Positions 14,111 through 26,217 are shown, counted from the stretch's first letter. The stretch: DNA of 64,000 nucleotides from Geosiphon pyriformis uo1 (GCA_016748015.1 JAAOMT010000258.1:2173-66172); one strand, 5' to 3'. The notes: generated by a model from the letters alone, not told the origin. Program-made: numbers and translations.

Positions 14111-15775
14111 ATGTTCTTTAAAACCAAAAAAAACTCTCTGTTTTTTTCCAAAGTATTTTCAATTACAGATCTAACAGCAAAAATGAGTGATTGTGTTGAA
14201 ATATCTTTTAAGACAAAAAAATTGTCTCTATAAAACACATTAAAATAGCTGCAAACAAAAAAAATTTGATCTAAAAAAATTTTAGAAAGAATTTTTCTGG
14301 TTGTCTTAATCAGAGTAATAGATTAAGTGTTTGTTAAAATTCTATCTTATTTATAAGACTTAAGTATTATTAAAACTTATGTTCTTTTCCACAAAGCCAG
14401 AATTGTACTTGTAATTAAACATACATTAAGAAAACCCAAAAAACATCCAAGAATATTATTATTACAATGTTTTTACAGCTCATTAAGAATACCACTTAAA
14501 TCAGCAGTTTTTTAATTTGGCAAATTTTTAATTATTTGTACCAACTTCCAAAAATCAATAATCTTTATAATATTTAAAAACATATCATCTTTTACATGAC
14601 TCAAAAAAGCATACTTATTAGTTTAAAGTCCAAACAAAAACCCAAAAACCATATACTTTCTGGTTCAATCTTTCATGATAATATTAACTTTAATCTTAAC
14701 ATCTTTAAGTTTCAAATTCAGTTTATTATTGACTACTAAATAATTTAATACTACCTTATAAAAAAACTTTTCTAATATATTCTTGATCATGTAGACTTTG
14801 TTTGAACAGAAGTTTTTTATTTTTTTCTCGATTGTATATATAATAACAGCTTTCTTGTAAGTCTTAAACTCATGTATTTTGGACTTGTAATAACTTTTTT
14901 ATATATCAGACAAATAGCTGAAAATTTTTATTGACTTAGTACTATTCTGAATTAAGTCTTGTATCTTTAAAACTTTGTATTTATTAATAACCAACCAAGC
15001 TTGAAAAAAAGATTCTAATTTAAACATATCTTCTGATCTCAAAGTCTTAGTCACTTTAGTAACAAATAATTCTAACTTGAAAATTTTTGATGAATATTTG
15101 TTTTTTAAGCAATCAAAAATGCTAAACCAATATCTAAAAAAAGTTTCATCAACCAAATTCACCATTACTTTTCTTAACACTTCTCTTATCAAATTCAAAT
15201 TTTCAGAAATCTCTGTTTTTATAAATATATTTGCCAATAGTAACATTTTATCAGAAAAACATTCCTTGAAATAGGTCCACTTAATTTTATCTGTATCTTT
15301 AATTTTGAACTTTTACAATTTTTATTAGACTGCTTTTTTATACTTTTAAACTAAACATTCAAAAGTCCATCCAAACCAATTAAAACTGAAACAGCCTTGT
15401 AATTAATATTGAAAAATTCAGATATAAATTCGATTTTATGACTGGCAACTGCAAACAACAGATTTTTACTCACAAAAATATAATTAATGACTTTCTTAAC
15501 ACTTTTTAAGTTGCTTTAAGTAAAAGTTTTAATTAACAGATATCTACCAAATATATTAACTAAACCCAAATTCAAACAAAACTTGAAACTTACACTTTTC
15601 TTAAATTCATTTTTGTTAAAATTCTCATTTAAGACCACAAAACTGCAAAAGCTGACTGCTTTAACTATAAAAAAGCTAACTTTTAAAGTTAGATCAAATC
15701 TGACTTCAGTGGAAACACTAGTATACAAACCAAAAATCATGACTGAGAATTTGTCTTTAAAAAAAAGCTGTACAA
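14111..15775 (-). pseudogene. LINE ORF2 fragment: APE endonuclease C-terminal half, linker and RT N-terminus
   Basis: VVLNENFN is an eroded GDFN motif and KVINYIFV resembles the IDYIF motif. An eroded K-A-A-G-L-S-G / RPIALIE-type RT start lies near 14300-14520. ORFs 14899-15246 and 15516-15740. Confidence 0.75.
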
Positions 15776-16236
15776 TATTATTTATAGAAAAAAATACAAG
15801 AAAAATAATAAGAAAAATAGACCAAGAAGAATATTAAACATATAAACACATTATTAGTAAATTATGACACATTATTCAGCAATATGAACAATGTTAGTAG
15901 ATTAGGGCATATTGCTTAACAACATAAGCATTGTTTAAGAAACTATAGCACATTGCTTATGAATGTATAAGATCTTGTAAAATATTAATTATGTATATAT
16001 AGTAAGAGTATTAGAAGCAGAAAAGACAAAATCTCCAAAAAGCTAAAATTCATAGCAAGAACATTCAGTTAGAAACAATTCAAATTCATATTACATATTA
16101 TTAATTATTTATTATTACTTAAATCCATATTATTATTATTTAATTAAAGAATATTAAATTATTTCTATTCTATTAATATGGAGTATTAATAAAAATTAAT
16201 ACTTAATTACATTGAAACAATAACTTTTGATCACGA

Positions 16237-17080
16237 TGTTACTCATAGAATTATAGGAAATATATATTAGCATAGTTATTAGCCAATCAGAAGTAAACAT
16301 AGTAAATGTGAAATTTCAGGATTTCTCTCAAGAATTGCAGGATTTCAGAAATTACAGGATTCTCATAAGGAATTGCAGGATTCCAGAATTCCAAGATTCC
16401 TCTCAAAGAAATTGCAGGATTCCAGAATTCCAGAATTCCTGTTGTGAAAAATTGAAGAATTGAGAAATCTCAATTATATATATATAGCAGTAGTATGAAA
16501 AGCTAAAAAGACAGACTTCCCAGTTTAGATTTCATTTAAACAACTTTCCAAACACAATAAATAACTATTTGGTATCTTAAACCTAATTCCACTATCAATA
16601 CTTCATGTTGATAGTAATTGATACTTAAACACACTGGAACAATAGCTCTTGATCATGGCTATTGACAGGATACTAACTTGCAAAACTGTATTGGCTTTTT
16701 CATTATTTCTTTTATTTCTTTTCTTTATTTTTATTTTTGGTTTCATTGTTGTGCACTAATTGGTTGAATAAAACACTAGATTACTAATGTCAAGAATTGT
16801 CTGGTAAAAGACCTCTGTGAGAGGGTAGGACACGTACAGAAGATATGGAATACTTATCAGAAGATTGCTGGCCATTACGCCAAAAGAAGAATTAACAGAA
16901 TTGTGATTCTGGGAAGCTACAGATAAAACAACTATTGAATCTCTGTTCATTATACAAAAAACTCAAACTGAAACCTTCAGATACAAAACCTTCAGATTAT
17001 TAACATCAATACAAATAACTTTTAACACCAAGTTACAGGTTTGTTATTTGATTTGAGACCCCAAGAAATCACTTGTAACA
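16237..17080 (+). mobile_element. Solo LTR of the C subfamily (844 bp) inserted in E's 5' LTR
   Basis: tgttactcatag...cacttgtaaca termini with no PBS following; inverted copy of 17171-17966 and 26250-27079. Confidence 0.92.
16310..16440 (+). repeat. Short GGA(A)TTCC / GAATTGCAG repeat array in the U3 of C-type LTRs (also 17800-17892, 26875-27006, 60188-60270)
   Basis: Visible repeats such as gaattgcaggattccagaattcc; copy number differs between LTR copies. Confidence 0.85.
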
Positions 17081-17170
17081 ACATATTAACTACTATTTTC
17101 TTATTGGTCTATCTGTTTTTTCAACTATTTTTTTGTATGTTTTTCTATGAATAATATCATCATTAGCCAT
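17081..17170 (-). other. Flipped 90-bp spacer: first 76 bp of element D's 5' LTR plus 14 bp of E's 5' LTR
   Basis: The reverse complement of 17081-17156 matches the start of D's 3' LTR (35976-36051). 17157-17170 reads atggctaatgatga, filling the gap between 16236 and 46317. Confidence 0.85.
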
Positions 17171-17968
17171 TGTTACGAGTAATTTCTTGGGGTTTCAAAT
17201 CAAATAACAAACCCATAACTTGTTGCTAAAAGTTATTCATGTTGATGTTAATAATCTGAAGGTTTTGTATTTAAAGGTTTTGGTTTGAGTTCTTTGTATA
17301 ATGAACAGAGATTTAATAGTTGTTTTATCCATAGCTTCTCAAAATCACAATTCTGTTAATTTTTCTCTCAGCATGATGGCCGGCAATCTTCTGGTAAGTA
17401 TTCCATATCTTCTGTACGTGTCCTACCCTCTCGCAGGAGTCTTTTATCAGACAATCCTTGCTGTCAGTAATCTAGTGCTTTATTCAACCAATTAGTGCAC
17501 AACAATGAAACCAAAAATAAAAATAATGAAAAGAAATAATGAAAAAGCCAAGACAGTTTTACAAGTTAGTATTCTGTCAATAGTTATGATTAAGAGCTAT
17601 TGTTCCAGTGTATTTAAGTATCAATTACTATTAACATAAAGTGTTAATAGTGGAATTAGGTTTGAGATACCAAATAGTTATTTATTGTGTTTGGAAGATT
17701 GTTTAAATGAAATCTAAACTGGAAGGTCTGTCTTTTTAGCTTTTTATACTACTGCTATATATATATAATTGAGATTTCTCAATTCCTCAATTTTTCACAA
17801 CAGGAATTCTGGAATTCTGGAATCCTGCAATTCCTCATGAGAATCCTGTAATTCCTGGAATCCTGCAATTTCTGAGTGGAATCTTGGAATTCTATATTTA
17901 CTATGTTTACTTCTGATTGGCTAATAATTATGCTAATATATATTTTCTATAATTCTATGAGTAACATT

Positions 17969-17981
17969 ATTCCCTCCTTTT
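17969..17981 (-). other. Polypurine tract of element C
   Basis: aaaaggagggaat immediately before the 3' LTR on the minus strand. Confidence 0.85.
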
Positions 17982-18636
17982 AATATTGAGCTTTATCGAA
18001 ATCCAATCCTGTTAATTCCTTCTCTTGAAGTATTTCTTGAATTTTGTTTTTGAGAATTATTTGTGCTATTTGAGTCTGTAATTTTTCAAATTGAGCATTG
18101 ATGATTTTTCCTAATTGATTACTGATAACTGTATCCATTGCTTTGTTGAGTAAGATTTCTGGTCGATTTTGAAATGCTGTATATATTTGATATATGGCTC
18201 GGGCCTGTATAGATAAGTTATTCTTTCCCACAAAATGTTCTAATTGTTGTAATATTCTTGTGTCAAATAATTGCTTTGTTTTATCCATATATAGATTCTG
18301 GATATTCACGTGTTGTCACAAGTAAAAATAACAATAGTTTCTTGGAAATTGTTGTATCCACCAATTCCAAGTTTCTTTAGTCAACTCTTTTATTGTCAAT
18401 TTTACTTTTGCAATGATTTTGTCAATGGTATTTTCTGTTTTCTTCTGTGTTCTGTGCTGCGATGTCTTTCTGGTATTTCAATATTGAATTGTTTGTTGAT
18501 TAATTATAATTTTCATCTCTTGATGTTGGATTAATTGAAAGAATTGTTGTGCTAGTGAGTGAATGTTGTCTGTAATTTCTATTTTTCTGATATTTCCTGT
18601 CACATCTACTATGTCTTTATATATTCTTTTGATGGA
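17980..18636 (-). pseudogene. Element C ORF3, ~220 codons, unknown function
   Basis: One frame with two TGA interruptions; includes ORF 17980-18309. Homologues sit at the same position in A, D, E, F and G. Confidence 0.75.
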
Positions 18637-19900
18637 TTAATTTAACATGTTGTTGTCAATAATAAGGATTGGTTCCAAATCTTGTGGAATTTCATCTGAT
18701 TGAACTAGTATTTTCTGTACTTCCAATTGTGGAATATTATTGGTGGATGGTAGTATGATGTTGTGATATGGTTTCAGTCGATCTCCATGTGCTGCTTTGG
18801 TTAAAATTTTGTTGTTTAGTCTTAATTTGTAAGTTCTATTTTCTAGAATTTCTTTTATGTGAAATGGTCTGTCTCATTTGGGATCAAATTTTCCACTTCA
18901 TTGTTTTTCTGCTTTGGTACAATGTAAGAGTACTTTGTCTTTAATCTTGAATTCAATTGGTTTGTTTGGTAGTTGACTATTGTGTCTTTCTTTCTGTTTC
19001 TTTTGTGACTTTTGAATGTTGTTAGCTGCTCTTTTTTGTTTGCTTTCCAATGTTTCCATTAAATTATATGTTCTTTTTAACAATGTTTCCTGGAAATTTT
19101 CTTCTATTATTGGTTCAGTTGGATATGTTTTAACCTCTATCTCCACTGGTAATATTGCTGTTCTACCATATACCAATTCAAATGGTATTGCTTGTGTAGT
19201 GTCTTGCTTTATTGTCTGATAAGCAAATAATACTGATGGTATAAACAAATCCCATTTGTCTTGGTTTTTTTGACTGAGTTTTGCTATTGCTTCACACAAT
19301 GTTTTATTAAATCTTTCAACTAATCCATTGGTTTGTGGATGGTATGGTGATGATAGTGGTCTCTTAATTTCGAATTTTTGGCTTAGTTTTGCTAATGTTC
19401 TATTTACAAAATAGGTTCTTTGGTCTGATAATAATTTTTTTGGACATTTATGTCGACAAATCAAATCTTGATGAACAAATTCAGCAATGAATTCTGCATC
19501 CACTTTTTGAATTGCTTTTGCTTCTGGCCATTTAGTGAGATAGTTCATGGCTACTGCAATATATCTGTTTTCTCTGCTGGTAATTGTCAATGGTCCAACT
19601 AAGTTAATTCCAATGCAGTCGAATGATTGTCCCACTTTGATTAGTCTTAATGATTTATTGGATCTTGTTCCTTCTCTTCTTTGACATGCATCACAATTTT
19701 GAATGTATTGAATAATATTTGGATACATCAATTGCCAATAATATCTTTTTCTGGTTTTTTTTATGGTAGCTTCTTTGTGAAAATGTCCTGCTGTTGGATT
19801 GGAATGCATGTTGAATAACACTGTTTTTTTTTCTGGCTCTGTAATTACTCTGGTTGGTTTATTTGGATCTCTTCTATTCTTCCAATAAAGTATATTTTGA
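18637..19900 (-). pseudogene. Element C integrase (HHCC, core, GPF/Y C-terminal domain)
   Basis: ORF 18898-19821: HSNPTAGH...CDAC, GINLVGP, LSDQ, PYHPQTNGLVERFN. Confidence 0.95.
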
Positions 19901-20069
19901 CAAGTAATAAAGTATTTTGATTGTTGTTTAATATTATTGCATTCTGATTGAGATAATTTTTCCTTGAACTGTTGAGTCTCTATATAATGTTTGAGTTGTT
20001 GATATTATTCTGGATTCATCTTTTGTTATATTTTCGTTGGATTGGTTTGGTTTTGTTATATTTTTGGGT

Positions 20070-21434
20070 TGAAATGTTCTAGATTGGTTTCCTCCATGAC
20101 AAATCATCAGCATTTTCATTGTCTTTTCTTTTTTTATAGTGTATAGTATAAGTATATAGTAAGAGTGCCATTTTTTATCTTAATTGTCTGCCATTTCCAA
20201 ATTCTTGTTTCTGAAGTGATATCAGTTCTTTGTGATCTGTATATACCTCAAACTTCTGGCTCATGTATTTTTTCTATTTCTTGACTGCCCAATAGATTGC
20301 TAAATGTTCTAATTCTGGTGTCCTATACTTCTTTTTGGCTGAGATTAAACCTTGGCTGGCATATGCTACTTGATGTTCTCTTCCATCTGGTCCTCTCTAA
20401 GATAGTACTGCTTTTAATGCTTAACCTGATGCATTAGTAATAATAATGAATGGTTTACTATAATCTGGATATATTAGTACTGGAGCTTGAATGAGCTTTC
20501 TTCTTAGGGTATAAAAAGCTTCTTGTTGAGTTTCAGTCCATTTATATTTTACATTTTTGGTTTGGAGATGATTGAGTGGCTAAGCTATCTTTGAAAAGTT
20601 TTTAATAAAGCATTGATAATAGCTAGCAAATCCCAAGAATGATTGTAGTTCCGTCACATTGGTTCATACTGAAAAGTTCTTCACTATCTCTATTTTTTCT
20701 GGATCTGTTTTAATGTTATCTTTACTGACTATATGTCCCAAAAATTTCAGTTTTGTCTTGTTGAAAAAACATTTGGTAGTATTCAACTTTAGTCCTGTTC
20801 ATCATAGTCTTTCAAACACTTGCTGAAGATGATAAAAATAATCATCAAATGTTCTTGAGAACACATTGGTGTTATCTAAATATACTACTACTGATTTCTA
20901 CAATTAGCCAATGTAAACAATTTTCATTAATTGCTGAAAAGTGGCTGGTGTATTGGTTAAGCCAAATGGCATTACTTCAAATTTGAAATTCCCTTCTCTA
21001 GTAGTAAATGCCATCTTTTTTTTGTCTGCTGGATTCATGGCTACTTGCCAGTAATTACTGTCCAAGTCTAGTGTTGAGAACTATTTATTTCTACTGAAAA
21101 CATTGAATAATTTTTGTATCTGTTGAGTTGGATAACTGTCTCCACAAGTTACACCATTGAGTTTTCTGTAATTCACACAAAAGCAGATCTTCCTGTTCTT
21201 TTTATGAACAAGTACTACTGGTAATGACCATGGACTCATTGATGGCTGAATTAGCCTATTGTCAAACATTTGATTGATTTTTTGATGGATAATCTCATGG
21301 CTGGCTGGTGGTACTCTGTATGCTCTTTGTTTGATTGGCATCATGTCTCTGGTTTTGATCTGGTGTTGGATAATGTTAGTTCTGCCAAATTCATTTTTGC
21401 TGGCAAAAATGTCATTGAAATTATTAAGCAACAT
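20070..21434 (-). pseudogene. Element C reverse transcriptase and RNase H
   Basis: PWSLPVVLV...FCVNYRKLN, MPFGLTNTPATFQ, YLDN at ~20872-20883, ITNASG, VAYAS. Confidence 0.95.
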
Positions 21435-21879
21435 CTTAAGCTATATATGTTGAAGTGAGTCTAAGTTTCCCATGTTTATTTGTTCCAATTGTTCTGGTTG
21501 GAGCAAATAATATTTATTTTGTCTGTATATTGTTTGTGATGTAATGTCCACATATTCACAAAGCTGTGGAAAATCTGAAATGATGCTTGGTGGTTGATCT
21601 TCTAGTTTTGTGCTCAAGTATCCAATGATAGTTTCTTCTGGTATTGTAATAATATCTTCTGTTGTATTGTAGATGAGAATTTTGATATGATTGTGGTTTT
21701 TGGCTAGTATGTGGAGATTGATAAATCTAACCTCTCCTGATTCACAAAGAGTTGCTTCTGCTTCAAAAATCTGTGCTTGATTCTTCATTTTTTTCTCTAT
21801 TGCCAACATGTATTGATCATATGGTGGAATGGAAATTGCTTGACCAGTTGAGACAATTTTTTCTTCTGCCATATTGACT

Positions 21880-22286
21880 GATATATTTATTCTATCTGTA
21901 GATCCGAATTCCTGTATCTCTCTTGCTGTTATCTCTAATTCATTTTTGTTTTCTACTGACACTAATTGAGCTACTTTAACCAGAGGCAGGAATATTGCCT
22001 GTGCTATCTTTTCATTTGGCTCTATAATATAGGCCTTTTCTGAGTTATTTTGTAGCATGGTGATAATATTTCCTACATATCTCATATCAATTATTCCTCC
22101 TCTTATATTTATCCCTTTTTTCACTAGACTACTCTTAAATGCTAATTGAACTATTGTTGTTGCCAGAATTTTCAGTGCTATTTTCAAATCAATACAGGTG
22201 TGTGAATGTGGTTCCAATTTGATAACATCTTTTTCTGGATACTTCAGATCAAATTCAGCATTAGTATCATGCGCATGTTCTGGCAT
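21880..22286 (-). pseudogene. dut: dUTPase domain of element C pol
   Basis: All five trimeric dUTPase motifs in eroded form: AEFDL, KSSLVKKG, GIIDMRYVGNI, KIAQAIF, AREIQEFGST. Confidence 0.9.
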
Positions 22287-22529
22287 AATACTTTCATTAT
22301 TATCACTGAACTATTTATGTTCCTGTTTCTTGGTGAGATCAAGAAGCACAATATATTGTTCATAGTTTGGATCGGGGTTTAAATTTGAGTTGGAATCATT
22401 GTCATTGTTCTCGCCATATTGAATAGAGCTAGAACCAGTGTTTTTTTGTCATCATTATTGTCGAAGTTTGAATTGGGATTAAAAATTGATTCTGATTTTG
22501 ATGCACAGCTGCTAATTGGTTCCTTTTCT

Positions 22530-23210
22530 TCTTGGATTATGTAGATCATGTGTGGTAGCAGATTGTAAATGAGGTTACACTCATTACAATATTAAAAGTC
22601 ACATAGAATCAAACAGTAATCACATAGTCAAGTGTTTATTTCTTCCAACCATTGTTCTTGTTCTTCTCGAGTAAGTGTCAACTGTTAATAGTGCTCATAG
22701 AATTCTTCTGGATCATCTTCAATGTTGCCAAATGTGTCAAACGTTAGGACGTATTCAGGTTCAGGCAGAGTTAGGAGGTTGTTTTTAATTTCTAGTAGTT
22801 CACTGGTTGTCACATCTTCTGCTTTCACACTCGCCATTCTCCAGAGTTTATGTTTATCATGTAGATATTCTTTCAATCGTCGTAATGCTTGTTTTCAGGC
22901 ATCGTCAATTGGTGTTCTCTTGTATACCCAGTCATTGATTAGGATTGTATACTGGCAGGTTTTATCGCACATTTCCCCTCTCTCAGAAATGTCATTCCAC
23001 ATTCCTTTGTTGAGAAGAGTTTCCCCACAAGCTAAACATAGTGTATTATTCCATTTTTCCATTCATTTTGGTCTTCCAAAGCATTTGACAAGACATGCGC
23101 AGCAATAGAACTTAGTTGCTGTCTGGTATTCCTTGTTATCACCACAGTATGCACCTATTGATGACAATTTTTTCCCATAATTGATGCATATAAGCTTTGG
23201 TTGGCAATAG
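22530..23210 (-). pseudogene. Cys-rich domain between protease and dUTPase in element C
   Basis: YCCACL, PCLACG-like LCLACG, MCDKTCQY, LCDYCL, YCNECN; conserved in B, D, E and F. Confidence 0.7.
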
Positions 23211-23629
23211 CTCGATAATTGTGGTAGTATATCTGTATAAAGAGTGTAACTGGCAGTTGGTAATGGCTCTTCTTCCTTCGCTTTTCCTTTCCCTTTTTCT
23301 CTCTTATCCCATTTCCAACTTGGTAATTCTTCTAAGTTGTGATCGGTGTCCCAGACTTGGTCAGCATTCCAGGTAAGTTCTGTTTCCTTCTGTTTTTTTT
23401 TACCATTGTCGTTCCATAAAAGTATTGGCGGTAGCTTGTTGTATTTATCATTGGCCCATGAGACTTGATATGCTTCTTAGGTAGGTTTTGGTTTTTCTTT
23501 TTCGAAGTCAATTAGTAGTGCTGTGGTGTTGGTAGCTTTGAAGTGACCACATGTTGCTGGTACTCACATGTGTCAACCATTCTGGCTGAGTACTAGTTCT
23601 TGAGTCATCCAATTAAACACAGCATTGGT

Positions 23630-23920
23630 TTTGGATAGCCAGTCATTATTAACTAAAGCTTGGTATTGGGTGGCTTCTATCACCAGAACTTTGATGGGTA
23701 CTATAGTACTATTGACTTCAATTGAGAAGTCATCAATTTCGCCAAGTGGAGTTTTGGTGGCTTTATTCGCGGTGACAATCCTGGTGCTGGCAGCTCAATC
23801 AACTCAGCAACCTAATTGATTCATGAGTTGTCGTGTGATGATGCTGCTTGCTAAACTACTGTCAAGATTTAATTTGATGGAGTGGCCATCAATCTTGGTG
23901 TCAGTGTACATGACCATGAT
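23630..23920 (-). pseudogene. Element C aspartic protease
   Basis: IDGHSIKLNLDSSLASSII (LILDSG in element D, ORF 30047-30463) and C-terminal ALVNNDWL / VLVGNDWL. Confidence 0.9.
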
Positions 23921-24539
23921 TGGTTTCTTTTCAAGTATTGCTTTACTGAATAATGGCATATCTGATGGTTCCTCGAGTTTGAATGAAAAAATGGCATCCA
24001 AAGATTCATTTTTGGTGATTGTAGCAGGTGAGATATTATTGGTAGGTAGTTGTTGTTGTTTGATTCTCTGATTGCTAGATGTGGCATTTTCTGGAGTTAC
24101 TAAGAGGCTTAAATAGTGTTGAGAATTCGGGTTTTGGGTGGGACTGGTGCCCGAATTCCATTGATGAGATCCTGATTGTTGGTGGGAAAAGCTGGGAATC
24201 GGTTGATGTACAACTATTGCCAATTTCCAGTTTTAGGTGATCCTTAATTTTGAGTTCCCTGATGTCATTTGAGCTGGGTTTGTTAGTAGTGTTTGAATGG
24301 TGGGTGTTTGATAGATTGCTGATGGCTGTGGTTGATATATTACTTGTGGCTGTGTCTAATAAATTGCTTATGGCTGTGGTTGATAAACTGGAGTTTGATA
24401 AACTGGCTGTTGATAAATTAGTTGGTGCATTATAAACAGGTAAGTGGGTTGGTATTGGTCTTGATTTGGTTGATGGTTCAGAGTCTGGAACCGGCAATTG
24501 GGGTTTCTATATTGATTTCCCAATCGTAGATTGCTATAA

Positions 24540-26217
24540 GTATGGCAGTTGGCTTTGATGTGTCTTTGTTTACCACAGTTGTGGCAGATGCGTGTCTCTG
24601 GCTGCCATGACTGATTGGATGATGATAATGAATGTGACTGATTTTGGAAATAATTTGTGTTTCCCTAATTGTTACATTGTTAAGAAAATTAATAAATTGT
24701 GTGATTGTCAGCTAAGTATCTCTCTAATTTCTGATTAATTGAATCACTGAATTGCTTTAATTTGGAATCCAATTTAGATGATCTATTCATTGCTAGATTT
24801 ATAGCTTGAGTGTAATTAGCTTCTAGTTCAGCTGCTTCAAAATTCCTGGCGTAGGTGACTGCAGTTAGAAGGTTCATTAAATACATTGGACATACTTGTT
24901 GTAGGATACTACTGTACAATCCTCTAATAAATTGATTTAAAATCTGTGGCACTGTGAAATAGTCAGCTTAGATGGCTTGTATTTGGCATAGATTTCTATG
25001 GAAACGTCCCAAGTAGATAGTGACTACTTCAGTGTCTTCAGCAGTATTCTGGAGAAAATAAAAGATTGCTTGTATTGCTTTAGCATTATCCCAATTATTG
25101 GCTGTAATGGCTTTGACTACATTATTTAACCAGACTTGGGTGTCGTCTTTTTTACTGTTGAATTTGTCGAGTTTTACAATGGGTACATAAGCCATTTGTT
25201 GTTGTTGTGGTGGTAGAAGTTGTTGTTGTTGAGTTGGTACTGGTGGCAGTTGTTGATTTTGTTGGTTTGGTGGTTGGATGGGTTGGCCAATTGGTTCAAC
25301 AGGTGGTTGATTGATGACGATAACTGGAAGTAAGTATTGATTAATTACTTCAGGGTTTAGATAGTTCTGATTTGATAGGGTTTGAATATTTGGAGTATTG
25401 TTTTTCTGATTGTCCAAATTTGGCTGGGTTTGAAAGTTCAGAGTTTCAATTTCCAGGTTTTCTAGGATTGGGTTTTGGTAAGTAAATTCTTGATCCTCAG
25501 ATTTTTTTTCCTTTTCTACTTCTTGTTTTCCTTCTGATTCAGTAATTTCCCAAGAACTTACAATTCCGAAATTCAGTTGAGGTGGCAGTGATCAAAATCT
25601 TGATGGCATTAATGATCGAGATTTAAATTCTTTAAAATACTTGCTGTATGATCCTAGTAGATTCTCTTTCCTTTGTTTACTTTGGAATGGGAAACATCCA
25701 ATTGCTGATGTCGCATTTAATGTGGACACATCTGTTAATGATATATTGATGGCACTTCCAAGGGTATAGTGGTAGGATAGGTTGTTTGGGGACTTAACTC
25801 TAGTTTTCTTTCAAGTAAGTGGTTGTATCCTTTGAGGTGTTACTGCTGGTGTTTGTAGTTTTCCTTTGCCTTTACTTGTGTAAGTAATTGGATATCTTTG
25901 CTGTGTGTGGTGTTCAATTTCTTTGTTAATCTCAGTAATGATGGATGCGAAATTATGATTTGTGAATAGGCTGGTGTTTTGAATTAATTTGTTGTAAAAA
26001 GTTTCTTTCACTGATTTAATATTCATGGATATTCCCAACAGATATGCAATCCTTTTGTTGACATAGAAATTGAAAGCTGATTTTGCTAATATGTGATTAT
26101 GAGTTAATCCCTAATGTTAACAGTAATGTTGAAATAAGGATTTTGTGAATCTTAAATGGTTTGCTTCAATGTTTTCTGATTCTGCCACTTTTGGATGGGG
26201 TTGTTGGTGCTGGTTCT
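24540..26217 (-). pseudogene. gag: Element C Gag with a long N-terminal extension and a CCHC knuckle (24545-24587)
   Basis: MAYVPIVKLDKF...WLNNV capsid-like region, QILNQFIRGL, CHNCGKQRHIKANC. Confidence 0.85.

Noticed and set aside
16756-17495. Two near-identical 64-aa ORFs (16756-16950 - and 17301-17495 +)
   Set aside because: They are antisense frames inside the inverted LTR copies; the similarity just reflects LTR identity and there is no domain signal.
18640-18900. Chromodomain or env at the integrase C-terminus
   Set aside because: Only a GPF/Y-type domain and a short tail are visible, with no chromodomain motif or transmembrane segment.
24075-24497. Ser/Thr-rich ORF suggesting an overlapping gene or gag-pol frameshift (also 48513-48743, 29415-29762, 13218-13547)
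   Set aside because: These are shadow frames of the YQP repeat tract and stay open because C>T creates stops mainly in the true Gln-rich frame.
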